A DNA stretch of 64,000 bases from Gemmatimonadales bacterium (GTDB lineage Bacteria > Gemmatimonadota > Gemmatimonadetes > Gemmatimonadales > GWC2-71-9). A model generated the notes under the pieces. The model ran no database searches, was not told the DNA's origin, and saw only the letters and a list, made by a program, of their open reading frames with translations. The stretch spans positions 3,488,001 through 3,552,000 of the forward strand of contig OZ252244.1 in the NCBI GenBank assembly GCA_965249575.1. The letters are read 5' to 3'. This document shows, piece after piece, positions 27,955 to 38,200 of this stretch. The position numbers were made by a program, and so were the translations under genes. The stretch's first letter is position 1. Every line of letters begins with the position of its first letter.

Positions 27955-29933
27955 CCAGTGGTGAGCCTGTCGGCAAGCGCGGAGTGATCCCGGGCCAGCG
28001 GGCGCTGGCGGGACGCATTGCCGTAGTGGCCCGGTGGGTGGCCATCGTGCTGCCGGCCGTGACGATTCTCGTTGCTTTCACCGGGTGGTTCGACGCCGTC
28101 ACCAGGCGTGCTGGCCACTTAGCCTTCGCGATTCCACTCGTGTTTCTGTTCTATCCAGCCTTGAAGGGGCCACGTCGGGTCGGGCCGCTCGACCTCACGC
28201 TCGCGGCGGCATCGCTCGCAGCGTTCGGCTGGATGCTAGTCGATCGCGAGCGGATCATGTGGCGTCTCGTGTACGTCGACCAGATGACGACTCTCGACCT
28301 CGTCTTCGCGGCGCTAGCCGTAGTCTTGGTGCTCGAGGCGACCCGCCGCACGCTCGGCTGGACGCTCGTCATTGTTGCGGTGGCGTTCATCGCTTACGCG
28401 CTCGCCGGTCCGGTCATGCCTGGCATTCTCGAACACAAAGGTGTGAGTCCCCAGCTGCTGCTTGAGCACCTCTACATGGTACCGGAGGGGTTGTTCAACC
28501 AGGTGACCGGTGTGATGGCCACCTATTTATTGGTCTTCCTCACGTTCGGTTCTTTACTGCGCGCGGCCGGCGGCGATCAAATCTTCATGGACCTCACGAT
28601 GGCGGCGGCCGGCCGTTGGGTGGGCGGGCCGGCGAAGGCCGCGGTTGTCGGCAGCACGTTGATGGCATCGGTGTCGGGGAGCACCATCGCGAACGTGGTG
28701 ACGACGGGAACGATCACCATTCCACTGATGAAACGCACCGGGCTGAAGCCGCACGAGGCGGCGGCCATCGAGACCGCGGCGGGTACCGGTGGCGGTCTGA
28801 TGCCGCCCGTGATGGGGGCGGGGGCCTTTCTCATGGCGGAGATTACCGGAATTCCCCTGATCACCATCCTCAAGTACTCGCTCATTCCGGCGCTGCTTTT
28901 TTTTGGAAGCATCTACGGCTATGTCCATGTGAAGGCTCGGAAACACAGGCTCAGCTCGTTGCATGCCGAAGGGATCGCGGTCGAGGGAGAAGTGCCTGGC
29001 CTCTGGCGGACGGTTGTTCGGGGGGCGCACCTCCTGGCTCCTGTCGTCCTGCTCGTCTATCTGCTCGCCGAGAACTACAGCCCGTTCCTTGCCGCGTCGG
29101 CGTGCGTTGTCGCCCTGTGGCTGGTGAGCTACCTGCGGCGCGAGACCCGTATGAGCGGCCGGAGATTGCTCGAAGCTCTCGAGACCACGACGCACGGGGC
29201 GCTGGTCCTGTCGGCAACGATGGCCACTGCGGCGATGATCGTTGGCGTGATCAGCCTCACGGGCTTGATGCTCAAGACGACCTCGGTGATGGTCGCGTTG
29301 GCCGGCGGCTCCATCCTCATCGGGATTGCGATCGTGGCCGGGATTGCTTCCGTACTCGGCATGGGCTTGCAGATCACGAGCGCATACATAATCGTGTCGA
29401 CACTCGGTGCACCCGCGCTCACCGAGCTTGGCATACCCCTACTCACGGCACATCTCATCATCTTCTGGTTCGCCCAGAGCGCGACCGTCACGCCTCCCAT
29501 CTGCATGACCGCCTTCGTGGCGGCCCAGATTGCTGGCGCGGGGCCCATGCGTACGGGATTCGAGGCGCTGCGCGTGGCCAAGGCGCTTTACATTGTGCCG
29601 CTTATGCTTGCCTTTGCCGGGCTATTGTCCAACAACTGGGTCGAGGTCCTGCTCGACGGAACGAGTGGCCTGATGTTCCTGCTCATGTTCCCAGTCGTCA
29701 CCATGGGTTTCTACCAGGGGGCCCTCGGGATGGGCGGGCGCGCCACAGGCGCCCTTGCCGGTCTGCTGTTCGCAGCGGCTTGCTTCTCATCCAGTATCCA
29801 GGACGGCGTACTCCTGTTGGGTGCCGGTCTGGCGGTCGTCGGGTTGCTCCATCTGTACCAAAGGGTATGGAGTCGGGCGGGGGCCGATCGCCCCGCGGCG
29901 CTGTCGAGCGGCGGAAGCGACAGCGCGGGATAA
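27951..29933 (+). CDS. TRAP transporter fused 4TM/12TM permease (TAXI type)
   Basis: LEATRR, GGPAKAAV, GSTIANVVTTG, MPPVMGAGAF, VTPP. Confidence 0.9.
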   Translation: MTSGEPVGKRGVIPGQRALAGRIAVVARWVAIVLPAVTILVAFTGWFDAVTRRAGHLAFAIPLVFLFYPALKGPRRVGPLDLTLAAASLAAFGWMLVDRERIMWRLVYVDQMTTLDLVFAALAVVLVLEATRRTLGWTLVIVAVAFIAYALAGPVMPGILEHKGVSPQLLLEHLYMVPEGLFNQVTGVMATYLLVFLTFGSLLRAAGGDQIFMDLTMAAAGRWVGGPAKAAVVGSTLMASVSGSTIANVVTTGTITIPLMKRTGLKPHEAAAIETAAGTGGGLMPPVMGAGAFLMAEITGIPLITILKYSLIPALLFFGSIYGYVHVKARKHRLSSLHAEGIAVEGEVPGLWRTVVRGAHLLAPVVLLVYLLAENYSPFLAASACVVALWLVSYLRRETRMSGRRLLEALETTTHGALVLSATMATAAMIVGVISLTGLMLKTTSVMVALAGGSILIGIAIVAGIASVLGMGLQITSAYIIVSTLGAPALTELGIPLLTAHLIIFWFAQSATVTPPICMTAFVAAQIAGAGPMRTGFEALRVAKALYIVPLMLAFAGLLSNNWVEVLLDGTSGLMFLLMFPVVTMGFYQGALGMGGRATGALAGLLFAAACFSSSIQDGVLLLGAGLAVVGLLHLYQRVWSRAGADRPAALSSGGSDSAG

Positions 29934-29950
29934 CTGTCGTGAGGAGAGCA

Positions 29951-31099
29951 TTGTCCTTCGAGACTGAGGTTGGCGTAATCGGCGCAGGGATCATGGGATT
30001 GTCTGCGGCATGGGAGTTGGCCAAGCGCGGGAGGACCGTGTTGTGTCTCGACCGGTCGTGGCCCGGCCGCGAAGCCTCGGGGTCCAATGCCGGAACGCTC
30101 GCAGTACAAAACAAGCGGCTGCAGGCGGTAAGGCTCGCCATGGAAGGCGTGCAAAGATGGCAGGAGCTGGCAAGCGAGCTGGACTGGGACATTGAGTACG
30201 AGCGACGGGGCGGGTTGCGCGTAGCACACACGCCTGCGGAAGTCAGCCGCCTGGAGGATTCCGTCGCCGCCCAGCGCAGACTCGGAGTGCCGGTCGAGAT
30301 GACGTATCCCCCGGCGCTCTTCGTATTGGCGCCGTATCTCTCGCGTGATGTTCGAGCGGCCGGCTACTGTTCCGTCGATGGAATGGTGAGTCCCTTCGCC
30401 GCGATTCGGGCGTTCGTGAGGGCATGCAAGCGGGAGGGCGTGCGCTTTCGATTCAACTGCGGAGTATCGGGGATCAGTGTGCAGGCGGATGGATCCTTTG
30501 AGATCCGCGCGGGCGCGGTGTCAATCCGCTGCGAAGCCGTACTGGTGGCGGCGGGTGCGTGGATCGCAGACCTGTGTGAGCCGCTCGGTATCAAGCTGCC
30601 CCTGTACGAGAAGGTTCAGCAGGTGCTCATTACCGACCCGGGGCGGCGGCTGTTTCCGGAGGTCCTGACGCACATCGGAGGGCGCCTCACCCTCAAGCAG
30701 CACGCGGTTTCCGGGAAGGTCCTGATCGGGGGGGGGTGGCGAGGAAACGGAAGCGGAAAGGCCGATGGGCATCGTCTGCGGTGGGAGAATGTGGTTCACA
30801 ACGTCCGACTCGCGCTGAACACCGTGCCGCAGCTCGGGCGGACGCGAATGTTGCGCGCCTGGACCGGGGTCGAGGGCCGGAGTCCCGACCGCCTCCCCCT
30901 GATCGGGACGACAGGTGGGCCTCCGAACCTGCATGTTCTGGGATGTTCGGCGGGCGGCTTCACGCTCGGGCCGCTGTGCGGCACGCTGGCCGCTCAGCGC
31001 CTCACGAACGAGCCGTCGCCGCTATTTTCGGGAGAGATCAGCGCAAACCGCTTTCGGGTGGGCGACGCAGCCGGTACCGCCCTAGGAGAGACGCCATGA
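29951..31099 (+). CDS. FAD-dependent D-amino-acid oxidase-family subunit (HcnC/LhpB/OoxB-like)
   Basis: IGAGIMG, ASGSNAG, RAWTG, PDRLPLIG, GFTLGP; TTG start after gaggag. Confidence 0.85.
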   Translation: MSFETEVGVIGAGIMGLSAAWELAKRGRTVLCLDRSWPGREASGSNAGTLAVQNKRLQAVRLAMEGVQRWQELASELDWDIEYERRGGLRVAHTPAEVSRLEDSVAAQRRLGVPVEMTYPPALFVLAPYLSRDVRAAGYCSVDGMVSPFAAIRAFVRACKREGVRFRFNCGVSGISVQADGSFEIRAGAVSIRCEAVLVAAGAWIADLCEPLGIKLPLYEKVQQVLITDPGRRLFPEVLTHIGGRLTLKQHAVSGKVLIGGGWRGNGSGKADGHRLRWENVVHNVRLALNTVPQLGRTRMLRAWTGVEGRSPDRLPLIGTTGGPPNLHVLGCSAGGFTLGPLCGTLAAQRLTNEPSPLFSGEISANRFRVGDAAGTALGETP

Positions 31100-32025
31100 A
31101 CAACGGCAAGGTCCAGTGGGAAGGCAACTTCGTCGCGGTCGTCACGCCCTTCGACGCCGCGGGCAACGTCGACGAATCGGCGTTCTGCGAGAACATCTCC
31201 CGGCTGGTCGAAGAGGGTGCCGAGGGGATCATCGTGTCGGGCTGTACCGGCGAGGCTTGGGCACTGACGCCCGAGGAGCGCCTCCGGCTGTTCAGCCTCG
31301 GTGTCGAGACCGTGGCTGGCGCCGTTCCGGTCATCGCCGGCACTGGAGGAATCTTCTCACGCGAGGTGATCGATCTGAGCGCCGGCGCTCGCGACATTGG
31401 TTGCGCCGGCGTCATGATCCTCCCGCCCTACTACTGCTGGCCCGGCGACGCCGAGATCATCGCGCACTACAAGAGCATTTCAGACGCGGTTCGCAGCCCG
31501 ATTCTTCTCTACAACATTCCGAAACGCACAGGGGTGGATCTATCGCTGGGTCTGCTCGAAGAGTTGGTCAAGATCGAGTACGTCGTGGCGATCAAAGAGA
31601 GCTCGGACAGCTTCATACGGGTCGAGAGCCTGGTGAACCAGTTCGGGAGCGAGATGCAGGTGTTCACGGGGCACTCGGCCGAGCGCGGGGTCGCCGCGAT
31701 CGTGATGGGAGCGAAGGGATGGGTGAGCTCGCTCGAATCCCAGATCATGGGTCGGGAAGCCGTCCAGATGTACGACATGGTGAAGAACGGTGACCTGGCG
31801 GCGGCGCAGAGCGTCCAACTTCGCACGCTGGCCCTCGATCAGCATGCTCGGGGAATCGGAACGTTCCCGGCCAATCTCAAGGCGGCCATGAACGTGCTCG
31901 GGCGCCCGGGGGGCTATCCCCGGCCGCCGCTGTTACCGCTCTCCGACGCCCAAATAGCGAAGATCGTGACCGTTCTGGAAGGGTTGGAGATCGCTATTCC
32001 GGCGGGTCTGGCGGCGAAAGGGTAG
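31096..32025 (+). CDS. DapA/NAL-family (dihydrodipicolinate synthase-like) lyase/aldolase
   Basis: VTPF, GCTGE, PPYY, LYNIP, IKESS. Confidence 0.9.
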   Translation: MNNGKVQWEGNFVAVVTPFDAAGNVDESAFCENISRLVEEGAEGIIVSGCTGEAWALTPEERLRLFSLGVETVAGAVPVIAGTGGIFSREVIDLSAGARDIGCAGVMILPPYYCWPGDAEIIAHYKSISDAVRSPILLYNIPKRTGVDLSLGLLEELVKIEYVVAIKESSDSFIRVESLVNQFGSEMQVFTGHSAERGVAAIVMGAKGWVSSLESQIMGREAVQMYDMVKNGDLAAAQSVQLRTLALDQHARGIGTFPANLKAAMNVLGRPGGYPRPPLLPLSDAQIAKIVTVLEGLEIAIPAGLAAKG

Positions 32026-33409
32026 CCAGCGAATCGAGGGGTACGAGCGGTTTGGCCGGTGGGCGGGGTGACGGCCACTCGAGCGTGTCGATCGCGCGGC
32101 CCGACCGGCGAGCCAGGCGCTCGAGGACCGATGTCGCGCACATACGTCCCTGGCACGGTCCCATTCCCGCGCGAGTCCAAGCCTTGATATGGTTCACGTC
32201 TTCAGCGCCGTCGTCGATCGCCCCGTCTATCTCTCCCAACGAGACCTCTTCGCAGCGGCAGACGATCGTACCCGACTTGGCCAACGATACGAGGCCAGGT
32301 TTGAGCCTGTACGCCCGGTCGAGCCCCCGTCGGAAACGCTCCAGGCCCCGCAGATGGGCGAGGTGCGGCTCGAGACGTCGTGCGTAATGCTCCGGCGCGA
32401 GGTAGCCCAGCTGCCGTGCTGCCGTAAGGCCGGCGATGCGACCCTCGGCGGCGGCGGCGACCGCCCCGGAAATCCCGGCACAGTCGCCCGCGATGAAGAT
32501 CCCTGGGACGCCAGACTCCATGGTTTCCGTTCGAACGGGCACCCAGCTCCTGACCTCCGACGCGAATCGGAGGGGACAGCCGCAGATGGCGGCCAGTTCG
32601 ACCGACGGGAGCAATCCGTAACCGAGGCACACGACATCGACGTCAAACGCCTGCTCAGTTCCAGGGATGATCTCCCAATCCCGATCTGCCCGGGCGACGA
32701 TCGCCCGCTCGACGCGGTCAGTCCCTTCGATTCCAACGATGAGGCTCCCGGCGATCCACGGGACTCCCCGTTTCGCCAGTGACCAGCGATAGCCAAGTCC
32801 TTGGCGAGTGAGCCGCCATTGGCTAATGAGCGCCGGCAGGTAGGGGATCACCCGGAAGCGCGACACGGGTTCCGAGACGGCGACGACCTCGGCGCCTGCG
32901 TCCGCAAGCTGGCTGGCGACGATCAGCAGCAGCGGGCCGAGACCTCCGAGCAGGACTCGCCGGCCGGCGAGAATGCGCTGGCTCTTGAGCAGACCCTGCG
33001 CGCCGCCCACGGTGAACACACCTGGGAGGGTCCACCCGGGCATCGGAACGGGGCGGTCGTATGCACCGGTTGCGATCACGAGCCTCTTGGCTCGGATCCG
33101 TTCGGGTTTTCCGTGGGCCACTACTTCGATGACACCTGGCTCGAACTGTCCCCAGGCGGTCGACCCGATCTCGAAGCGCACGCCAGCGTCGGTCGCTTCC
33201 GCGACGAGCTCCCGGCCACGGTGGAACTCCGGCGTATGCCGGGCACCGGACGCGTAGGAGAAGCGATCGGGCGTCTGCCGGTAGATCTGACCGCCCGGGA
33301 GGGGGTTCTCGTCGAGGATCAGCACGTTGACGCCGGCGCGTGCAGCCTCCGTTCCGGCACAGAGCCCGCCGGGACCGGCACCGACTACCAACAGCTCGAC
33401 CTCGGTCAC
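31994..33409 (-). CDS. FAD/NAD(P) oxidoreductase with BFD-like [2Fe-2S] domain (HcnB/LhpE/OoxA-like)
   Basis: GAGPGG, GGQIYRQ, ATGAYDRP.P.PGWTLPGV, AGD, VCRCEEV...TRAGMGPCQGRMC. Confidence 0.9.
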   Translation of the reverse strand: MTEVELLVVGAGPGGLCAGTEAARAGVNVLILDENPLPGGQIYRQTPDRFSYASGARHTPEFHRGRELVAEATDAGVRFEIGSTAWGQFEPGVIEVVAHGKPERIRAKRLVIATGAYDRPVPMPGWTLPGVFTVGGAQGLLKSQRILAGRRVLLGGLGPLLLIVASQLADAGAEVVAVSEPVSRFRVIPYLPALISQWRLTRQGLGYRWSLAKRGVPWIAGSLIVGIEGTDRVERAIVARADRDWEIIPGTEQAFDVDVVCLGYGLLPSVELAAICGCPLRFASEVRSWVPVRTETMESGVPGIFIAGDCAGISGAVAAAAEGRIAGLTAARQLGYLAPEHYARRLEPHLAHLRGLERFRRGLDRAYRLKPGLVSLAKSGTIVCRCEEVSLGEIDGAIDDGAEDVNHIKAWTRAGMGPCQGRMCATSVLERLARRSGRAIDTLEWPSPRPPAKPLVPLDSLATLSPPDPPE

Positions 33410-33708
33410 CGGTCCCCTGCGATCGTGGACCGCACGGTCATACCCTCGACGACGGGCGTCATGCAGGCCCGTATCCCAGGTGCGTCGTCGATCGCGACCA
33501 CGCAGTCGAAACACGTCCCCATGACGCAAAACAGGCCGCGCGGCTCGGCCCGACGAGGCGACCGGCGGAGCGTTCGTTTCCCAACGGCCAAGAGCGCGGA
33601 GGCGACCGTCTCGCCCTCGTACGCGTCTATCGCTTCGCCGTCAAACGTGAAACGCACCGGGTGGCCGCGCACGACGTCGGAGAGTCGGGGAGTCCAATCT
33701 GTTGGCAT
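33406..33708 (-). CDS. (2Fe-2S)-binding subunit (HcnA/LhpF-like)
   Basis: GETVASAL, RGLFCVMGTCFDCVV, RACMT. Confidence 0.9.
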   Translation of the reverse strand: MPTDWTPRLSDVVRGHPVRFTFDGEAIDAYEGETVASALLAVGKRTLRRSPRRAEPRGLFCVMGTCFDCVVAIDDAPGIRACMTPVVEGMTVRSTIAGDR

Positions 33709-33711
33709 GGA

Positions 33712-34827
33712 TTACGCGTAGCGCTCGAGTAACTCGAGATTGAGCTCGACTCCCAGCCCGGGCCGGTCAGAAGGACCCACGGTGCCGTTTGCGAGTGGCG
33801 GCACCCCCGCGACGAGATCACGGCGCAACGGCGAATCGCCCATCGGATACTCCACGAGGTCACCGCCGCTCGCCGCCATCCAGTGAATCGCGGCGGTGGT
33901 GTTGATGCCGCTGGCGAAGCAATGCGGGACGCAGCGGCGTCCCCGTTCGCGCGCCATCGCGCTCAGCCGCATGCCGGTCCGTAGGCCGCAGCGCCCCAAA
34001 TCGGGCTGGATGACGGAGAGGCCCGCGTCGAGGTACTCCTCGAACTGTGTGGCCGTTTCTTCGGTTTCCGCGCCCGCGATGGGGACTTGGGAGGTGGCGC
34101 ATAGCTCGCGGTAGCCGGTCAGGTCGTCCGGATGCAGCGGCTCTTCGATCCATCCCAGGCCGGCATCGGCGAGTGCGGCGCACTCCTCGGCCGCGCGTTC
34201 GCTGCTCCACTTGCGGCCGACGTCGACCATCAACTCCGGTGAGTCTCCTAGAGACTGCCTCACCGCCTTCAGGGTTTGCACGTCTTCGGAAATGTCCCCG
34301 AGGCCGAATGGCCCGAATCCGAACTTGAGTGCCGAGAACCCTTGCTCCAGAAGTCGTTGTGCGTTTGCCAACGTCGTGTCGAGGGTGTCGCCCCAGAGAA
34401 CGCTGGCATACGCACGGATTCGCGGTTGCGGGGCCGGTACCTCGGTTCTGCCGAGGAGCCGGTAGACCGGTGTGCCCTCGGCTTTTCCTTTGAGGTCCCA
34501 GAGCGCCATCTCGATTCCGCTCATCGCGTGAATCGCTACCCCTCGGCGCCCGTACCACGCTGTCGCGTCATACATGTGCTTCCAGACCGCGTCGATGTCC
34601 GTCGCGTCCATGCCCAGCACCGCCTCTCGCAGCCCGTGACGTCCGCCGCCGGAGCGCGGCGCCTCGATGATTCCTTTTGCGACGTACGATGAGGAGACTA
34701 CCTCGCCCAGCCCGGTTTCGCCGGAGTCTGTCGTGACTTGAACGACGAGGACGTCCTGCGTTCCGTCGAAGACATTGGCCACTTGGGGGAGGCGGAGTTG
34801 GGTGGCTGTTACGTGCTCGATCTTCAC
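33712..34827 (-). CDS. Mandelate racemase/muconate lactonizing enzyme family protein
   Basis: SGIEMALWDLKGK, MVD, WIEEP, QPD, PH, RPGLG. Confidence 0.9.
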   Translation of the reverse strand: MKIEHVTATQLRLPQVANVFDGTQDVLVVQVTTDSGETGLGEVVSSSYVAKGIIEAPRSGGGRHGLREAVLGMDATDIDAVWKHMYDATAWYGRRGVAIHAMSGIEMALWDLKGKAEGTPVYRLLGRTEVPAPQPRIRAYASVLWGDTLDTTLANAQRLLEQGFSALKFGFGPFGLGDISEDVQTLKAVRQSLGDSPELMVDVGRKWSSERAAEECAALADAGLGWIEEPLHPDDLTGYRELCATSQVPIAGAETEETATQFEEYLDAGLSVIQPDLGRCGLRTGMRLSAMARERGRRCVPHCFASGINTTAAIHWMAASGGDLVEYPMGDSPLRRDLVAGVPPLANGTVGPSDRPGLGVELNLELLERYA

Positions 34828-35208
34828 TCGGTGCTGTTCCCGGGGATGGGTAGTGGACGGGTAGTGGACTGAGACCGATGTCGGGCGGAATCGCAACATG
34901 TGCATAGCTCCGCGCCGGAATGAAAGTCTACGCGAACCGCTCGCTGACTGTCCAGGGGGCGGCGCGGCTCGCAGCAGGTTCGCGCCGGCCCCCGGAGCCG
35001 GGGGAGACCGCTAGCCCCAATCGGTATACCTGGGTATTGTTCCGGCTGCCTTTTTGGGGAACGCTAGGAATTCGGGACTCCACGCCGGTTGTGCACAGGG
35101 ATTTTCGGAGCGGGAGACCTGGTGGTGGCCGATCAGGACTACTGTATTGCGAGGGTGAATGCGACGTCGCGGGGACGGCCTTCTTCCCTCCGCGCAGCGT
35201 ACAAGATC

Positions 35209-35224
35209 GTGACAATTCTGTCAC
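35209..35224. promoter_or_regulatory. Palindromic operator-like site
   Basis: GTGACA-ATTC-TGTCAC about 70 bp upstream of the hybrid kinase start. Confidence 0.35.
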
Positions 35225-35295
35225 ATGAACGAGGGACTGCCTGCTAATGATACGGAATACCCTCAACACGGTTTGTTCGGGTTGGATGGAACGCT

Positions 35296-38200
35296 ATGCG
35301 TGATACGGCCAAGACCAAAAAGCAGCTCATCGCTGAATTGGGCGAGCTGAAGGGCCGGCTCGCCACGCTGCAGCAGGAGTTCGCGGGGCGAAGTGACGCC
35401 GAGCCGTCCGATGCCAGCGAGTCCCGCTTTCGACGCCTCGTCGACTACGGCCTCGGCCTTATCTACACCCATTCGCTCGACGGCACATTGCTGTCCATCA
35501 ACCCGGTGGCGGCGGCGGCACTCGGCTACGCCCCGTCGGAGCTTGCGGGAACTCGGGTCAGTGAATCTGTCACCCCGGCCGATCGACACGGATTCGAAGA
35601 ATACCTAGAGCGCATTCAGGACGATCGCGTCGATCAAGGGGTGCTGCGCTTCGTTACGAAGCGGGGGGACGAGGTCCACTGGCAGTATCGCAGTGTCGTC
35701 ATACGGGAATCCGATACTGTATCGTACGTCCTGGTTCATGCGCAGGACGTCAGTGATCTCGCACGGATCCGAACGGAACTTGAGGTAGCGCAGCGGGAGT
35801 TGACGAATCAGGTGGCGCAGCAGACCGCCGAGCTGTCGGAGGCCAACGCGCTCCTCAAGAAGGAGATCGGCGAGCGGGTTCGGACGGAGCAGTCCTTGCG
35901 GCAGAGCCGGACTCGGCTTGAGTTGGTAAACGCCATCGGGCTCGGTATCAGCTCTGGCATGTCGTTCGAGGGGGTCGTCCAGCAAACCGTCACACAGCTG
36001 GTCGAGGCGTTTCCGCGCGCCCGGTCGTGCTACGCCTCCTTGGGGGGCGATGCCGAGGAGGCGATTGTGAGCACGGCTGCCCCGACGGGAAAGAGTTCTC
36101 GGGCCGCAGTACCGGATTGGCTGTTGGATCTCTTCGTTTGCCTCGCGGACGGGGGGGCAATCATTATCGAAAATACTGCGGCGGACTCACGACTGGCGGA
36201 CCGGGCGCAGTCGCTGGCCCAGGAAAGTGTCTCCGCTGCTCTCGCTCTACCGGTCAAGCTCTTTGACCGGTTGACGGGTTTCTTGTGGCTGGAGACGCCG
36301 GATCCCCGCAAGTGGTCGGAGCACGAAATCGTGACCCTCACGGAGGTCTCGCAACGCCTGTCGTTGGCGCTCGTCAACGCGCGCGGTGAAGGCGAGCGGC
36401 GGCGGGCCGAGAAGGCATTAGTTCGGAGTGAGGCTCGATTCCGACGACTCGTGGAAACGATCCCCCACGGAATCGAGGAGGTCGATCTGGAAGGCAACAT
36501 TCTGATCGACAATCCTGCTCTCGCCAGGATGCTCGGCTATGAGGACGGAGGGCTCACGGGAAAGACCATCTGGGATCTCATGGTCGATGATGAAACGCGG
36601 GCCGCGATTCGTGCGTATCTCCAGATGCTCGTAAGGGAGCAACCGGAGCCGACTCCGTGGGTAGGCAAGAACAAGAGGCGCGACGGCGAGCTGATCGACG
36701 TGGAGGTCAACTGGGACTACCAGCGCGACGAGCACGGGCATGTCACAGGATTCATTTCCGTCATTACGGATGTGACGGAGCGCCTCAATGCTGAGCGAAA
36801 GCTACAGGAGAGCGAGGCGCGGTTCAGGAAGGTTTTCGAGGAAGGGCCCCTCGGCATTTCTCTTGTGGATCCTAGCTTCAGATTTATCAGCGCGAACGCC
36901 AAAATGTGTCAAATGCTAGGGTACTCGTGGGAGGAGCTCGCCGCCCTCACGTTTCCGGACATCACTCATCCGGATGACATCGACCTGAATCTCGAGCTTG
37001 CTCGCAAGTTCCTGTCCGGGCAGATCCCGTTCTACCGGATCGAGAAGCGGTACATCCGAAAAGACGGCTCACCTCTGTGGGTCTCCCTAACGGCGTCGAT
37101 CATACGGGACGATGACGGGAGTCTGCTGTACGGGATCGCGATGGTCGAGGACATAGCCGAGCGCAAGCACCTGGACGAACGGCTGCGCCAGTCGCAAAAG
37201 ATGGAGGCGCTCGGTCAGCTAGCGGGAGGCATCGCGCATGATTTCAACAACCTCCTCGTGGGTGTGCTGGGCAATGCGGGGCTGGCAAAGATGGTGCTGG
37301 ACGCCCACGCTCCCGCGCGTCAGATCATTACGAACATCGAAGAGTCCGCCCTGCGGGCTGCGGAATTGACGAACCAGATGCTCGCATTCTCCGGCAAGGC
37401 CAGAGTGGAGCGGGATCACCTGAGTCTCAACGATCTCGTACGGCGGCTGGAACACCTGCTCGAGTCCGGGATTACGCGGAACGCGCTTCTCGCGTCCGAC
37501 CTTGCCTTGGAGCTTCCGGCAGTCGAGGGGGATGCCGGACTCCTCCGGCAGGCGCTCATGTGCCTCGTCGCGAACGCGTCGGAAGCCCTGGGAGACGCAA
37601 GCGGGGTCATTACTGTATCCACTCGTATTGTCCAAGCCGATAAGGAACTGCTTGGGTCGACCGTCGGGAGTGAGCCGCTCCCGGAGGGCGCTTATGTCTG
37701 TCTTGGAGTGTCGGACACCGGACGGGGGATGGAACCCGCTACGCAGGCAAAGATGTTCGATCCGTTCTTCACGACCAAGCTCATGGGCCGGGGTCTGGGC
37801 CTTGCAACGGTGCTCGGTATTGCACGGGCGCATCGTGTCGCGATTCGTGTTCGAAGCGAGATCGACCGCGGCACGGTGATCGAAATGCTGTTTCCTCCCG
37901 TGCTGGCGGGCAAGGCAAGTATTGGCGCGGCGGGTCCGTCAAGGGCGTGGAGGGGAAGAGGGACGATACTGATCGTCGACGATGAGGAGAGCGTCCGGGA
38001 GGTTGCGAGGCGCACTCTGGAGGCGGTTGGCTTCGAGGTTATGACCGGCTCGAGTGACGTGGAGGGGGTCGGGCTGCTCCGGGCGAACACTGACAAGGTC
38101 GTCGCCGTCCTGCTGGGCCGGACGAAGCCGGACGTTCAGAGCAAGGACGCGGTCCGGGCGCTCAATGCCGTGAACCCCGAAGTGCCAATCATCCTGACAA

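Noticed and set aside
28616..29950. Long N-terminal extensions in the ORF track (28616, 16716, 30736, 22045, 47636)
   Set aside because: They overlap upstream genes in another frame; the real starts have SD sequences or stop/start overlaps further downstream
31096..32025. Housekeeping dapA (and dapL at 39346-40509)
   Set aside because: GCTGE variant within a catabolic operon and no other lysine-pathway genes nearby; only family-level calls are justified
29951..33708. Hydrogen cyanide synthase hcnABC
   Set aside because: The architecture is shared with catabolic dehydrogenases, and the importer plus lyase context points to catabolism
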